Positions 38,490 through 51,109 of a stretch of DNA of 64,000 nt are shown piece by piece. How positions within the stretch are numbered: position 1 is the stretch's first letter; each line of letters starts with the position of its first letter. A program made the position numbers and the translations under genes. Below the pieces are notes generated by a model. The model ran no database searches. It had not been told where the DNA came from and saw only the letters and a list, made by a program, of their open reading frames with translations. This DNA is from Takakia lepidozioides (taxonomy: Eukaryota; Plantae; Bryophyta): the NCBI GenBank assembly GCA_030704615.1, contig CM060731.1, forward strand, positions 6,510,001 to 6,574,000, written 5' to 3'.

Positions 38490-41400
38490 CTATGAGGATA
38501 CTGCTTTCTTAGCAGCGGTCAAACCAGTCAAGATGTACTTAAGACACTGCATCCGTTGGCCAAGTGCAAACTTGAACGTAAACCAGTGTTTCGTGAAAGG
38601 TACTCCTCTCTCTGCCCTTTTAGAAGAGGTTCGACTATGCCCAGTTTGTAGCCATTCATAATATCCTTGGATGAAGGACATGACGTAAAACCCGCATTCC
38701 CAGCTGAACGGCTGTTGGGGCACTTCAGGCTTGTTGAACTGAAATGCCCTAACCTCTTCCCAACCCGGTGAATCAACACTGTAGCCTAAACACTCCGCAT
38801 GCAGCTTCCGTATCCATGACAAAACATATGGGCAACCATGCAAAGACTCGATGGAGTTCATGTGAGTGTAGCAGCCTTTCCGCACGTCGATGACAACAAC
38901 ACTCCAGTGCGCCCTGCAAGACAATTCTCATGAGTCTCACGACAGCAGTCCTCTCAGCAGACCACTCCAACTGCCTCTCCAGCAGACTCTACAAACTCGC
39001 AAGTAGGTTGGGTCCTGGTCCTAGTACACTCAGCTGACTCAGCAGACTCAGAAGACTCATCACTCAGCAGACTCGGCATAATGAGCAGACTCAGCATAAT
39101 GGGCAGACTCAGCAGACTCGGCAGATTGAGCAGACTCAGGGCAGAGTGGGCAGACCGAGCAGACTATCCTCATTCAAAAGACTGGGCAGATTTGCCAGGC
39201 TGAGCAGACTGAATGGACTCAACCAGCAAGAGGCAGGTGTGAACGTAGTGATGTCATTCAAAAGACTGGCCCGACAGAACAGACTGGGTATGCGAGATCT
39301 TACTCCTCCACAATCGGAACGATTATATGATGGCAGTCTTTTATGTCTTTGCTGAGCCGAGGGACGCTCTAGCAAGAATGCAGATACTCCACTAGCCTTT
39401 CCCGTGGCCCGTCCCAATGTGTCATCATATGAGACCACGTTGAGGCTGGCAGAAGAGCAACATTACTTGAGTACTTCTCCTCAACCGTCTTCTCATAGCA
39501 ACGACACCACAGCTCCAACATTCTATCTGTGCACTCCGACTCCACCGTCTCAAGTGGCTTCAAGTCCGGAGGCCCTCGACTTCATAAAAGTGAACCATGC
39601 AATTGCCGGCCGCGACATTCCGTCGTAGGGCCGCGGCAAAACGTGAACCCAACCTGCACACAGACCATCGCCTTGTCTGAAAACCTATGTATGCAACGGT
39701 CTGAGCGGACTGACTCCATTCAACAGACTGCCCATACCGAGCGGACTGAGCGGACTCGCCAGACTCACCAGACCGAGCGGACTGAGCAGACTCACACTTC
39801 TGAGCAGACTGGAGTGACCAGACTCAGCAGACTGGGAGGACTACTCACTGGTGCATTTGTCGCTGAAGAACCACTTCCTTGTCCGTATCCAATGCCATTT
39901 TGCGGTCCTTGTTCATGAAGATAGCGGACTTGCCTTTCTTCGCGGGTTTCTGGGCAACAGGACCCTCCCGAACTTCCTGAGTCTGCTCCACGACAGTCCG
40001 CTTCTTTGCTCTACTTGTGCCCAGGGATTCGGCGACTACTGTGGCCGGGTTCGATTCAGCAAACTGATGAAGTGATGCGGTCTTGCTTCACAACACGACT
40101 GTGTCTGCAGGCTTGTTCACACTTGCAGGACCTGTATTGGCAGCCTCACGGGTTGCATGCATTGAACTAATCCGTGCATCTGATGGCATTGTAAGTAAGC
40201 CACATTTTTTGGTTGTGGAGCCAACGTGAGCAGCATGGGCGGGTTGTGGAATTGCCTGGGAGGGAAACGGTGTCCTGAAGTCCTGTAGGTACAACCGATC
40301 CTATGAATACACATAAATTGAACATAAATCTGAAATCACGGAGGTGGAAGATGACAGGGCACAACCTGTACGGCGTCATTGGAAGGAAGCGACTGGGCAG
40401 ACTGCTCCCCTGCTTGAACGCCCAAGTCCGGACCTGTTGTAGCCAGGGGCATTATGACAGACTCTGTGTGCGTGGCATGTTGGCCCTCAGTCTGTCCAAT
40501 GTTATCGTCAGTCTGCTGCTCAGTATCCTCAGTCTGGTTAGCCTGGTGCTCAGTCTGGTCGCCGCTCTGGTCAGTCTGCTGTCGAGTCTGGTGGACACTC
40601 TCGTGTGCGGGGGGAACGGCATGTTGGCCCTTAGTCTGTCCATGTTCGGCATCAGTCTGCTGCTCAGTGTCCTCAATCTGGCCAGTCTGGTGATCAGTCT
40701 GCTCGCCGCTCTGGTCAGTCTGCTGTCGAGTCTGGTGGTCACTCTCGTGGGCGGGGGGAACGGCATGTTGGCCCTCCCTCAGAGGACCATGTTCAGCGTC
40801 AGTCTGCTACTCACTGTCCTCAGTCTGGTCAGTCTGGTGCTCAGTCTGCTGTTCAGCCCGGTGGTCACTCTCGTGGTCGGTCTGCTCTTGCAGGGAGGAG
40901 ATCAATCTATCAACTTGCAAGTCAACTGTGTCTTCAGGGTCTGATGCAGAAAAAGCTTGACTACCGCCAACATCTAAATTATCCGCGGCAACTGCATCGT
41001 CTAGTTCTTCAGTAAGGTCCATGATACGGGGTTGAGTTCCCATATTGCCGTCGGTCACGTAAGAATCATCTAGAGCTTTTGCAAGCGAACGAACCAAAAC
41101 CGGGCTGAGCTGAATGGAAATAGATGGCAGGCCATGGGCCACTGGAGAAGAATGGTTTACCGGTGCCCGGCTTATATCCTCGAACGATGCGCCAATATGT
41201 GAAGATGGCCCGGCGGGAAAATAAGACTCCGTCAATGCACTGATAGAACTCCGCAGAAATTCAGAGACAGGGTCCTGTTGAGGCCAGTGCAGCCGACTCT
41301 GTTCAACGAGCCAGGATCCGGACTGGTGGACAGGAAGTGTAGTTGGGTCCTCCGAGTCAGTGTGGTCGTGAATCTGCTAGACAGTCTGCAGGGCACTGTC

Positions 41401-42230
41401 ATTGTGGTGACTGTTTTCAGTCTGTTGGATGGTCTGGTCATTGGTATGCTGCACAGTCTGCTGGTGCACAGCCAGGTCATCCGTCTGCAGCCCGGTCTGG
41501 TCAATAGTATACTGGACGATCTGCTTGACAGCAACGTCATTGGTATGTTGCACGGTCTGGTGCAGAGGCAGTCCTTCAGTCTGCTCGCCGGTCTGCTCAT
41601 GAGTCTCCTCGTCCTCGGTTTGGCCTGTAGTGCGCCCACTCTTTTGAATAGTGGCTAGGATAGTGTTGACAGTCTGTCCATGCTCTTTTTGTTGCAGTGG
41701 GTCAGTCTACTGAGTAATGGCGTCGTTAGCAGTCTGCTGAACGGTGTCATGGAGTCCCTGTAACGCCAGCACAACATCTCGTGCACCTCTGGCAAGGGAA
41801 TCAAAAGCACACTGCACGTGCTCATCTAAATCGGACATTCCTGAAACAGATGAGTTGGACAAAGTGAGTCTGACAGGATGGTGGAAGAAAAGACCATGAA
41901 CTTCACAATGGTCCAGAAGAAGTCGGCATTATCTTCTAGGAGGTTGTCAATGAGACTAATATCTTTGATTTGGCGTTCCAAGCATGCTTCATCGAGATGG
42001 CGAATCGCTATCATGCGGTTTTTAAATGGGGAGCCGCACCAAAGGACTTTGAACACATCCGGTCTGTTCAACACAATATCGAACACTGCTCGCTCCATTA
42101 CCGCAACAAACCATTGCAACGCCTCATCCACAATACTCTTCTTACCCGCATCCGAATCTGAATGAAACAAATACTTCCCCAAACTTTGCAGGTCCTTTAC
42201 CAATTTACTGTATGAACGGAATTGCCGAAC
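38490..42230 (-). pseudogene. MULE accessory gene with C-terminal Ulp1/C48 SUMO-protease domain, interrupted by E3
   Basis: HWSVVVID...MNS...VPQQPFSWECGFYV (H, Q and C of the C48 family) at 38490-38924. Upstream exon fragments at 39369-39563, 40807-41235 and 41826-42230. Convergent with the MULE transposase. Confidence 0.7.
40470..40880. repeat. ~144-bp tandem repeat (3 units) built from CAGTCTG motifs
   Basis: GGCATGTTGGCCCT recurs at ~40473, 40618 and 40762. Confidence 0.8.
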
Positions 42231-42797
42231 GAGGTTTACTATTTCATGAGCCCATGAGCCCATGAGCCTATGAGCCTATGAGCTCATGAGCAGGCTGCAT
42301 TTTCGGAGTCTGCAAACCCGGATCCTAATTCCGCTTGCGTCCCTTCCTCTGGGGTAATTTTGGTGCCGTTATTGGCCAGAATTATGTTTTTCTATGATCT
42401 GGCCTGGCGGTCCATGAGCTTGGGCTCCAAGTCATGAGCGGATACTGGTACTTATGAGCAGAGTGCTTCCAGCATGAGCGCGGAAATTTTCAAAAACCTT
42501 CTCTTCTTATACTACTTTCGATTATTTTATCGTTTTGGGCCTGAAAAAAACCTGCCGAAATTCGTAGTGTGTTACTTGGCGGCTCATGGGTGAGCCATGC
42601 CCGCTCATAAGCTCATGGAATAGCAACCCCCTTGCCAAACTGCATCCATCGATGGTGAAGGAAAGAATTAGCAATGCGATCAAAGTACTCTTCAGTAATT
42701 CCAAGCAAGTGCTTTCCCCGCACCCCAAAGGTAGGATGTGCCATGGGCATATGTCTGAGTTCCTGAGGCCGTGGGTCATCCATGAGGATTAATTGGA

Positions 42798-43140
42798 CAA
42801 GTAACAGTGCCGAAATTGGGCTCCGCCAACCAAATACCCGGCTGAAGCCTCCAGAGTGCAGCCAATAACGGCGCCGAAATTGGGGTCCGGAAACCAAATA
42901 CTCGGCTGAAGCCACCGGAGTGCAGCCAATAACGGCGCCAAAATTGGGGTCCGGAACCAAATACCCGGCTGAAGGCTCAGAGTGCAACCAATAACGGCGC
43001 CGAAATTGGGCTCTGGAAACAAAATTCCCGGCTGAAGCTTCCGTAGTCCATCCAATAACGGCGCCAAAATTGGGCTCCGGAGAGCAAATACCCGGCTTAC
43101 GGTGAGGGAGTTTTGCCAATAACGGCGTCGAAATTGAGGA
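42798..43140. repeat. E3 tandem array (62-64 bp period) of palindrome CCAATAAC-GGCGCC-GAAATTGG
   Basis: Central hexamers start at 42806, 42870, 42934, 42996, 43060 and 43124. Isolated copies occur at ~42360 and ~44320. Confidence 0.9.
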
Positions 43141-43346
43141 TAGGGCCGACAAGTGCCAGATGCAAACTGTCCTGAAATTGGTGCGGATTTGTCTAATAAA
43201 AGCACACATGTCGGAGGAAATTCAAGTTCTGCCGCATACGGCATTGGCAGTCCCTCTTCCGCCGGCCTCGTTCTCATTTTGCTCTTCACTCTTCTCTTCT
43301 GTGCCCAGCTCCTCCCTGCTATGTGTTCTTGCTGTGTCGTGAGGCC

Positions 43347-43898
43347 ATGTTGTGCCCGAATCACATCTATCGACGCCAGACGGGACTCATTGTCCCGAAA
43401 GCAGACGACATCATTGTCTTCCTAGATGTTTATAGGGACGATCCTCGACTTGTCCAGCTGAGAGCAATGGAGTTTCTTCCAGGATTGCACGATTCTCCTG
43501 GACCCCGGCTGGGGAGCAGGTGGTTCCTGCGCATCATGGACCTGGACTTTCTGCTTGAGTGGGAGCCGAACAGATCACACACAGCGTTGCTGTATCGCTG
43601 GAACTGTTGCGAATGGACGTATGATGAGTGCATAGGTGAAAACTTCACGCGTGGACGGACTGGCTCGGAAAGTGGGGACATTCTCTTCAGTTATGAGGAT
43701 GAGGAGGAGGGGAACACAGGGCCCACTGTGAAAATGTCCTTCTACAAAGGGGGCGCTATCGATAAACACGACATCCTCATTAGTTTCAACCGGGCGACAG
43801 AAACCATTGACGTTTTGTTCAAATATCGGCACCCGGTCACTCAGGAGGTCCTTGAGAGGCCAGTTCAAGTTCCTTCTTCTTGGGCGAGGGGACCATAG
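43347..43898 (+). CDS. Unknown 'RWNCC' protein, E3 copy (~183 aa)
   Basis: Open ORF with DDIIVFL, WFLRIMDLD, LYRWNCCEWT, GENF, GDI, PTVKMSFYKGGAIDKHDI matching the E2 paralogues. Confidence 0.8.
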   Translation: MLCPNHIYRRQTGLIVPKADDIIVFLDVYRDDPRLVQLRAMEFLPGLHDSPGPRLGSRWFLRIMDLDFLLEWEPNRSHTALLYRWNCCEWTYDECIGENFTRGRTGSESGDILFSYEDEEEGNTGPTVKMSFYKGGAIDKHDILISFNRATETIDVLFKYRHPVTQEVLERPVQVPSSWARGP

Positions 43899-44555
43899 GT
43901 CTTGCATGCTAGAGTAGACATGTTTCGATTCGCAGACACTCATGGCACAAACATTTTGCTTCAGAAATCAAGTAGCTTCCCTGTGCCATATGGGGAATAT
44001 ACATGCTTGGATAATCTTCTATTAAGGTTTTTTGCAATTCACTGCCAGTATGCTCGGACGTGACCTTTGTCGTATGGATTGTTGTGTGCACAAGGTGCAG
44101 TATGCAAATGCTGGAATGTGCAGTAGGACCCTTCCCACTGGAACACAGAACTTGCAATCTTGTAAAGGCATCACATTTGCAGAACAGTGTCAATGTATTG
44201 GTAGCAAATCGGAGTCTTTTCATAAAGGTGGACGAAAACGCCAGCATGGGCTGCGAAATCACCACAAAATGAATGAAGAGCAGTAACAAGGAAGCACTAT
44301 GCAATATACAGACCAATAACGGCGTTGAAATAGGCCACAATGCCCGTGTAGCTCCACACAATGTATGTTTTCCTCGGATCCATTAATAGACATAACCAAA
44401 ATAAAAAAAGCATGCCCATGCCATTCACGGCCAAAAACCACATTCTCATGTATTGCGGCACCGAAATGCACCTGAAGCCATGGCGGTGCGGCACCACCAA
44501 GTGTCTAATTCCTCAAAAAAAAATAGGGTGCAAGAAGATGAATGTAATATAATGG

Positions 44556-45330
44556 TCACTTTCTCCTTCCCGAATGTGGAATGTCAAGCAGTCCGACCTG
44601 TATCCTGCCGTGCTTCAGAATAATGTAATAAAGGTGTTTGCAGGGGACGTATGCTGCATTCTTCGATTCCATAACAAGGAAGTCCTCACAGTTGCAGGCT
44701 GGGTACTGAGAAACCGTGATTGCATACACGACATTGCGCGCAGCAGACCCGGTTGTTGACAACTGAAATATGCGCCCCATCCCGGGGTGAGGAACATCCC
44801 TGCAACCTTGCACTATGCAGGGCATTGCAAGAGCGTTGGCCATCCTGGTGTCGTTCGCCTTTGTTGGTGGCCGCCGTCTTTTCAGTTTCCCCCACCGATG
44901 GGTGGGCCAAGCTGCGGGGTCACCCACCGGTATGCGGGGTGAAGAGCTTCTTGTGGGAGGAGGATGACGACTGGGAATTGGATTTCGTGGAACGTCTGTC
45001 CTCTCCACCAGTCGAAACCCTGCACATCCTAGAGCGTCTGCCTCCTCCAGGATAAGATCTATACCAGTTGCCGCCGGCCAGACTGCTGGTGGTTTAGGCA
45101 TGCCTTGTACACCATACTTGGGCTTGCCGAACACACACGACATGATGTTGTGCCTGCAGAACCAAAACTCCTTCAATGTGGCCTCCACAAACTTTGCACA
45201 TACAAATCTCCCTGTGAAGCAAGGGGCAGGCACACCGCCCTGCGGTCTCCTCCAAATCATCTCCTTGCATCTCTGGTTGGTGTCGACACGAACAGCACAA
45301 CATTCGCCACGGTATGGGATCCGGGAGAAA
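44556..45330 (-). pseudogene. E3 transposase C-terminal fragment with SWIM
   Basis: GVPAP.FTGRFV.AKF...FWFCRH.IM.CV.GKPKYG...PTHRWGK.KRRRPP...CNCEDF...PCKHLYY, closely similar to E2 exon 2. Confidence 0.9.
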
Positions 45331-45599
45331 GAACAAGGGGGTGGTTGATCCCAAGAATCCGTACCATGTAGTGGAGCATCCCACGAGGGTCATTTTCCCT
45401 ACCAGGTTGGAGATGGCCAACGTCGGGTTCCTTGCCATGATGGAGTCCAGGAAATCTGATTATAAGGGCGAACCATCACCAGTGTAGGAGAGGATTGTGG
45501 AGTTCCTCGGCACGGTGCATGTTGTCTTTTTCTTCTTGTCTGTTGTGGGCATGGATCATTTCAATCCTCTTGAGCATTCCATTGCATGCTTGTTTGCAG

Positions 45600-46658
45600 G
45601 CTAAAATGACCAAATCTTGGGTCAACGGGAAGGAGAAGCCATATGCAGCCGAACTCATCATCTTGGACATCCCTGATGGGTTGCCAGTCCCGGATATCCC
45701 TCCATCGGGTGCTTGTCCAGGTTGGAATGCTTTTGATGAGCGCTACTGGCGGTGGATTTTCTCCTTTTGCAATTTCTTTCTGTCCGATGCAGGTGTTTTG
45801 GTGCTCATCCAGTCCATTGACCTTCGCTGTCGCCGTGCACTTGCCAGCTATTTGAAAGCCTCCGGTATGAGGGTCGTGAAGACATGGAATTGTGATAACA
45901 TCATGTACCTGACAAAGGGGGATCGTCCCGGAGAGATGGTAAATCTGCCTTCTTATTCCTCTTCTTGGTGGTTCTCGGATGGAGTTGCATAAGTCGCTCA
46001 AATGAATATGTAGGGGCCTGGTTTTCAAGCTTCTTAGTTCCTTGTGTATGTCCTATTCGCAGACTCGTTTGTTTGAAGCTGTTTGTCTCGTCCGAGTCCA
46101 TCCACCTACGACTCCAGCCGTCATTAGGGAGTTTGCCATCACTCATGGGGGCAAGTTCATAGATGAGAGGACAGATCCTCCCACGGATGACATGCACCAC
46201 AACTACGTGGACAACAACGTGTGCTTGCGAAGGGGGAATGGGGTTCCTTGGAGAGGGGCCAGGGAGAGGAGCCCGACTTTCATTCAGACAATTGTGGAGT
46301 GCTGCACCTACACAGACGCCAAAGTTCTGGATTTGTCAATGGGCACAGGTTCGTCTCTTCAACATTCACATTTCATGAGGTTTGTTTGAGCTTGCACTTT
46401 CAGCTCTTCCCACCGTTCCAAATGTGTCTTCAATGTCTGTTTCCTTCATTGTATTCCACTGCAGGTGCCTCGTACCACGCTTGCAAGGCCAGTGCGCAAC
46501 ATCTCTTTGGGATTGAAGGGGATGCCAAGATTTACAAGAACCTCCTGATGGGTTTGGGTGGACACACTTCTCAAGTCCTTCCGAAGCCCCTACCCGCTGA
46601 TATTGATACATGGGAGACTTCCGACAAGGAGCTGGACTCCGACATTGCCTGTGAGTAA
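45600..46658 (+). pseudogene. E3 amino-methyltransferase-like exons
   Basis: AELIILDIPDG...FLSDAGVLVL; RERSPTFIQTIVECCTYTDAKVLDLSMGTG, intron, ASYHACKASAQHLFGIEGD. The intron position matches E2. The 5' part is deleted. Confidence 0.8.
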
Positions 46659-47589
46659 GTTCAACCTGTGGATGCTTGCATTGTTGTTTCAATACCCAGA
46701 ATCACTGTTCTTAAGGCGAAGTGCACATGGGAGACATCCTCTTCATTGGACTTGTGCTTTGCATCATTGTGTTCAAAATGGGTTTTTGTCGACTTGTGCA
46801 GGAGTCCGCGTGCTTCCACTGACCCTCCAGGGCTGTCACACCTTTTTGGACTTCTTTCAAGTCCTCCTCAGTCTTACGTGCTACCTGTCTATGCGGAGGC
46901 ACTCGCAGCAAGCATGTCCGTTCATGGCACTCGCAGTCTTATAATCGACGGCCGTGGTAGAAGACGTGGTGTTGGGGCCGGAATCTTTGTGGATGACATA
47001 ACACAGGAGGTCGATACTGATTCTGATGACTGTGACACTTGATATGAAGTTTTCTTTTGCTTTTATTCGGGGCCAATTTGGAAATGGGATGGTTGTGTGT
47101 CCCTGTTGTCCTATTTGCAATGTGTGCGTGGGATTCAAATTCATGGGAACAGACTATCGTTGGAGATGGGGGTTCCATGGACTACCCGGATTGTTCCTTC
47201 AATCTATTTAGTGTTTTGCGGAGCTCACAGGCTTGTTAGCATTGCAAAAACAAACAAACATCTCTGGTTCGGGTAGAGCATTCTCGCATCATTTGCTCGT
47301 TGGTCTCCAAACCATTCCTGCTAGAAGAATGCTTGGTAAATCCATCACGTTAAAGTCCACGTGATCAAAGATCGTTCAGGCATTCTCAATTCTGGCGAGC
47401 ATCCATGATGCTCCCGCACATACTTGGCATGTTCGCAAGGGTGGTGAGTAAGAAAAGATTTCGCAGGGATCCGCTTTGGATGATGTGAGTGTGCACCTGC
47501 TCACGACGTAGCCACATTCCAATGCAGGGGCTTTGTATGTTTATAACGTCTAAATGGATGCAATGGATAGTAAGGATGGATACAATGGA

Positions 47590-48122
47590 TGTAACACAAC
47601 CAGTCCGCATTCCCTGCAAATGGCTAATCAACCCGCGGTAATAGGTGACACCCGCGGAAATAGGCCATGTATGCATGTTGACGTGGCGTGAGCCTGTGCT
47701 GGGCTCACGGTTTCCTGGGCTCACAGGCTCACGCCTCCGGGCTCACGGAATAGCACCCCCCGTATTCTGCAGGAGCAGCATTGCGGAGGGATTTTGGTGT
47801 GGGGGTGTTGATGTTTTGATTTCTTGTGTTTGGATCCCCCCCAACACCTGCATGCTTGACTGTGCGCCATGTTGGTTTTGTGTGGGCGCTTGCTTTCATA
47901 GGGATTAGGCTGGATTTGATCACCGGTCAATCCTAGAGTATGCTGTCGGTGGTGAGGCTGGAGTGATGACCAGCAAGACCACCAGTGTTTCTTCTATGGT
48001 GATATTGGGTTGATGACCAGCCAACCATAGGAGTTTTTGCAGTGGATGCATGTGCAGGTGCCCTGAGCCACTGGGATATGACCCTTAAACCGCAACAGGT
48101 GCCCACCCGTGTCACTATTACA
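47590..48122 (+). mobile_element. Probable 5' LTR of DNMT-carrying retroelement, followed by a degenerate PBS
   Basis: TGTAA...TTACA ends. TAGTACTAGAGC (48125-48136) resembles the tRNA-iMet PBS TGGTATCAGAGC. The gag-like ORF follows immediately. Confidence 0.55.
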
Positions 48123-48149
48123 ATTAGTACTAGAGCCTTATAGTGTCAC

Positions 48150-50955
48150 GTGGGGGAGGTGCGGGTTGTGAGTGTCATCACGGAGTTACCCAAGGGTTTT
48201 GAGGGGAGTACGGCTACAGGCAGTAGCAGTGAGAGTGGGTTCACAAGACGAGGTGTTTGGTTCAGACCACCTTCACCTCCACCCGCAACTAGTGCAGAGT
48301 CTGACACAGACTCGAAGGCTTCATCAACAGGTGTGCAAGTTTCTTTGCCATTGTTGTGGGACGATATAGAGGAGATGTATGGAGCTACTAAGGGGCCTTG
48401 TAGAAACTCTGGAGCTGTGGGCACAATCGAGCTGGATGACTTTATCCAGGAGTTTGACAGCTGGTGTGATTTGCAACAGATGCGCAATCCACAGTTGTTC
48501 ACCCCATTCATGGCGTGGAAGGGACTGTTCCAGCATTTGGAAGGCCCGCCTATGGACGATTACCACGAGTTCAGGCAAAGACATGAAGCTTTGATTGAGG
48601 AGTGGAGGATGTATTGGTCACCTGACTACGTCTCCATTACTCGAGGCACGATGCGACCAGTAGTTGCATCAGCACCAATATCTCCCACTGCCAGCACTAG
48701 TAGTGGAACAAGTAGTGCCGGTACTTCTGCAGGTGGTACTAGTTCAAAAGGTACTACTACTCTTCCTGCCACAACTACAACACATGTGCCTAGATTCAAC
48801 CCGGTGGTGGAGTTCTTCCAGGAGTTGCGGAGGAACTACCAAGGCATGCGGACAGAGAAGCTGCGAAGTTTGTAAGACTTCCAGCACAAATCCAGTGAGA
48901 GCTTGCGAGAGGCCTACACTCGTATGAGGCGCTTGATAAGTGTGACCCAAGGGGTTACTGAAGCTCAGGCAATCCAGTTCTGGTATGGAATTTTGGACAA
49001 GGAGCTCAGGAGAAGGTGCGGAATGCAACCCTATTACAAACGGCCCAACCCACATTAGTAGATGTGTTTCTGCTGGCTGAGCGGATTGAGCTCAACATGA
49101 TGGAGGAGCGAGTTGTTACCATTGGATTTGGCAAGGACATGCCTGCATGAGGCGCAGCTGCCAGGCAACAGGCACAAGGGACTGCCCAACAGCGTGGTCA
49201 GGGGGGCAAGGTTGCCCACCCAAATTCCATGGAGCTTATAAGGGACCTCAGGTGCAAAGGTCAGTAGCATCTTTTGCAGGCCAACAACAACCGGGGGTGG
49301 TATGTTGGACATGTGGAGGACCCCATGTCAAGAAAGATTTCCCAGAGAGTGGCAAAGGGCCGGCTTAAACACAACCTGCACAGTTGCAATGTGGGCATTG
49401 TGGCAAGTATGGGCATGGAGATGCCCAGTGTTATGACTTGCACCCTGAGTTGCGGTGAGGCCATTTCCAAAATAACAATGGTGGCCGAGGGCGAGGTGGA
49501 GCACCTCAAAGAGGACCAGGTGGTCAGGCACAATGTGTAGGACAAGGGCAAGCACAATATGGCCAAGGACGTGGAGGTCAGGGCGTTGACCAAGGCATGG
49601 CCAACCGGCTTCAGCAGCTAGAGCAAAGACTTACTGCCATGGCCACAACTCAGGTGGTACCAACTCCAAGACCTGAGGGTCCACCTCCTGTTCCTCCTCA
49701 GCAGTGTCATCTTGACGGAGGAGACATGGGAGGCATGGGATTTATGTGTGGGGCAACACTACCACTAGTGCAGGTGGAGTCTGCTGCAGCCGTCACTCGA
49801 GGAGCAGCACGAGTTCCTGAGCCACGAGGTGCAGAGGTGGAGTTGGATCCACATCATGGGGAGGCAAGCCATCAGGCTAGGTTGCCTCAATCATTAATCT
49901 TTGCGGAGACAGGGTCGACAACATCCATGGCACCTAGTTCTCGCCCGACGGATACCAAAGCAGAGGCCGTTATTGTGCCATTGGGAAGAGCTACACGTGC
50001 AGCACTGACACCTACTACCAAGGCTAGTGCAGGCAGTGTGTTGTTGGGGGCGGCCACCTCTGTGTGTCAGGCCCCACTGTTCTCGGCAACCATGATTGCG
50101 ACGCCGGGGGTAAGACCAGCAGCAGTGTTCAGACTAGCAGCAACACTCTGTGAGAGTGGGGAGGTCACTTCATCTTCTGCGGAGTTAGTGGAAGGTGTAG
50201 TGGCAGAGGGATCCTTGGATTTGAGGTTCAAGACTACCACGGCTGCGCCATGGCAAACTGCAGCTGTCAGGTTGACGGAGCTGCCAGCTAGGCCAGCCTT
50301 TGAGCGCGCCATGGTGACACTTGGAGTTGTCTTGTTAGACAACCAGGATGGCATTTTCTCTTTGAGTGGACCGGCAGGCAAGATGTACCGACCACTGCGG
50401 GTCTTGTTGGACTCGGGAGCTCAGCCACTGATGTTGGGTAGAGCCGCTATTGCAGGTTTGGGCCTCATGGAGGCGGATATGGAGCCTTGTCCCTTCCAGA
50501 TACAGACATCTCTGGGAGGATCAGAGCAGGCTCGGGGCATGACATGGCGTGAGTTGGCCATTAGACTACAGCCGGATCATCCTATAGATGGCTCAGTGAT
50601 GCGAGCCAAGGCCATTGTGACAGACGTGGTCTCTTACGATGTCCTCGTTGGTGGGGCAGTGTTGTATCCCATGGGCTTCACCCTGGATTTTTGGGAGGAA
50701 TCAGCATCCTACAGGCCTGGATGGCAGTCAGGGGATGGTTGTCGTGTACAGCTCCCTGTGACATTCATTGGGGATGTTGCTGCTGCCCAGCGGGGCAAGA
50801 TGCCAACACTAGCAGCCTTCACAGCTGCAGGTAGTTGGCCTGGAGAGTTGCTGGAGGGCAATGCCCATGCAGAGGATGTGCCACCTCCAGCAGAGCAGGA
50901 TGACATGCATGGTATGACGGAGTTGCCTGCCGTGGTTGCTCACACTCCATTGTAG
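48150..50955 (+). pseudogene. Gypsy-like gag (zinc knuckles) + aspartic protease
   Basis: LDDFIQEFDSWC; Q...ESLREAYTR gag-like motif after a stop; CWTCGGPH and CGHCGKYGHGDAQC knuckles; VLLDSGAQ...YDVLVG protease. Contains stops and frameshifts. Confidence 0.8.
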
Positions 50956-51109
50956 GGTACGAGCAAGGATTTGCAGCAGGCTGCTGATAGACGTGTGCAA
51001 CAAGCATGGGTAGAGGTCTTTGTACTGTCAGGAGAGGAGGAGAGCGCGAGATTGCACCAGGACCACCTCAGTTGTCGCCATTGGACACCACACCTCTTGT
51101 GTGGCAATG

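Larger units (their letters stand above)
42231..47040 (-). mobile_element. Element E3: partial, inverted, internally deleted member of the E1/E2 family
   Basis: Starts GAGGTTTACTATTTCATGAGC, identical over 21 bp to the reverse complement of the E2 right end, followed by CATGAGC repeats. Contains an RWNCC gene, the transposase 3' part and MTase exons. The other end was not found; the right coordinate is approximate. Confidence 0.8.

Noticed and set aside
40303-40944. Hydrophobic 213-aa 'membrane protein' ORF
   Set aside because: Antisense read-through of the CAGTCTG-rich tandem repeat.
45125-45132. TGCCGAAC as the second TSD copy of E3
   Set aside because: It lies inside the transposase fragment with no adjacent TIR or CATGAGC repeats; a chance match.
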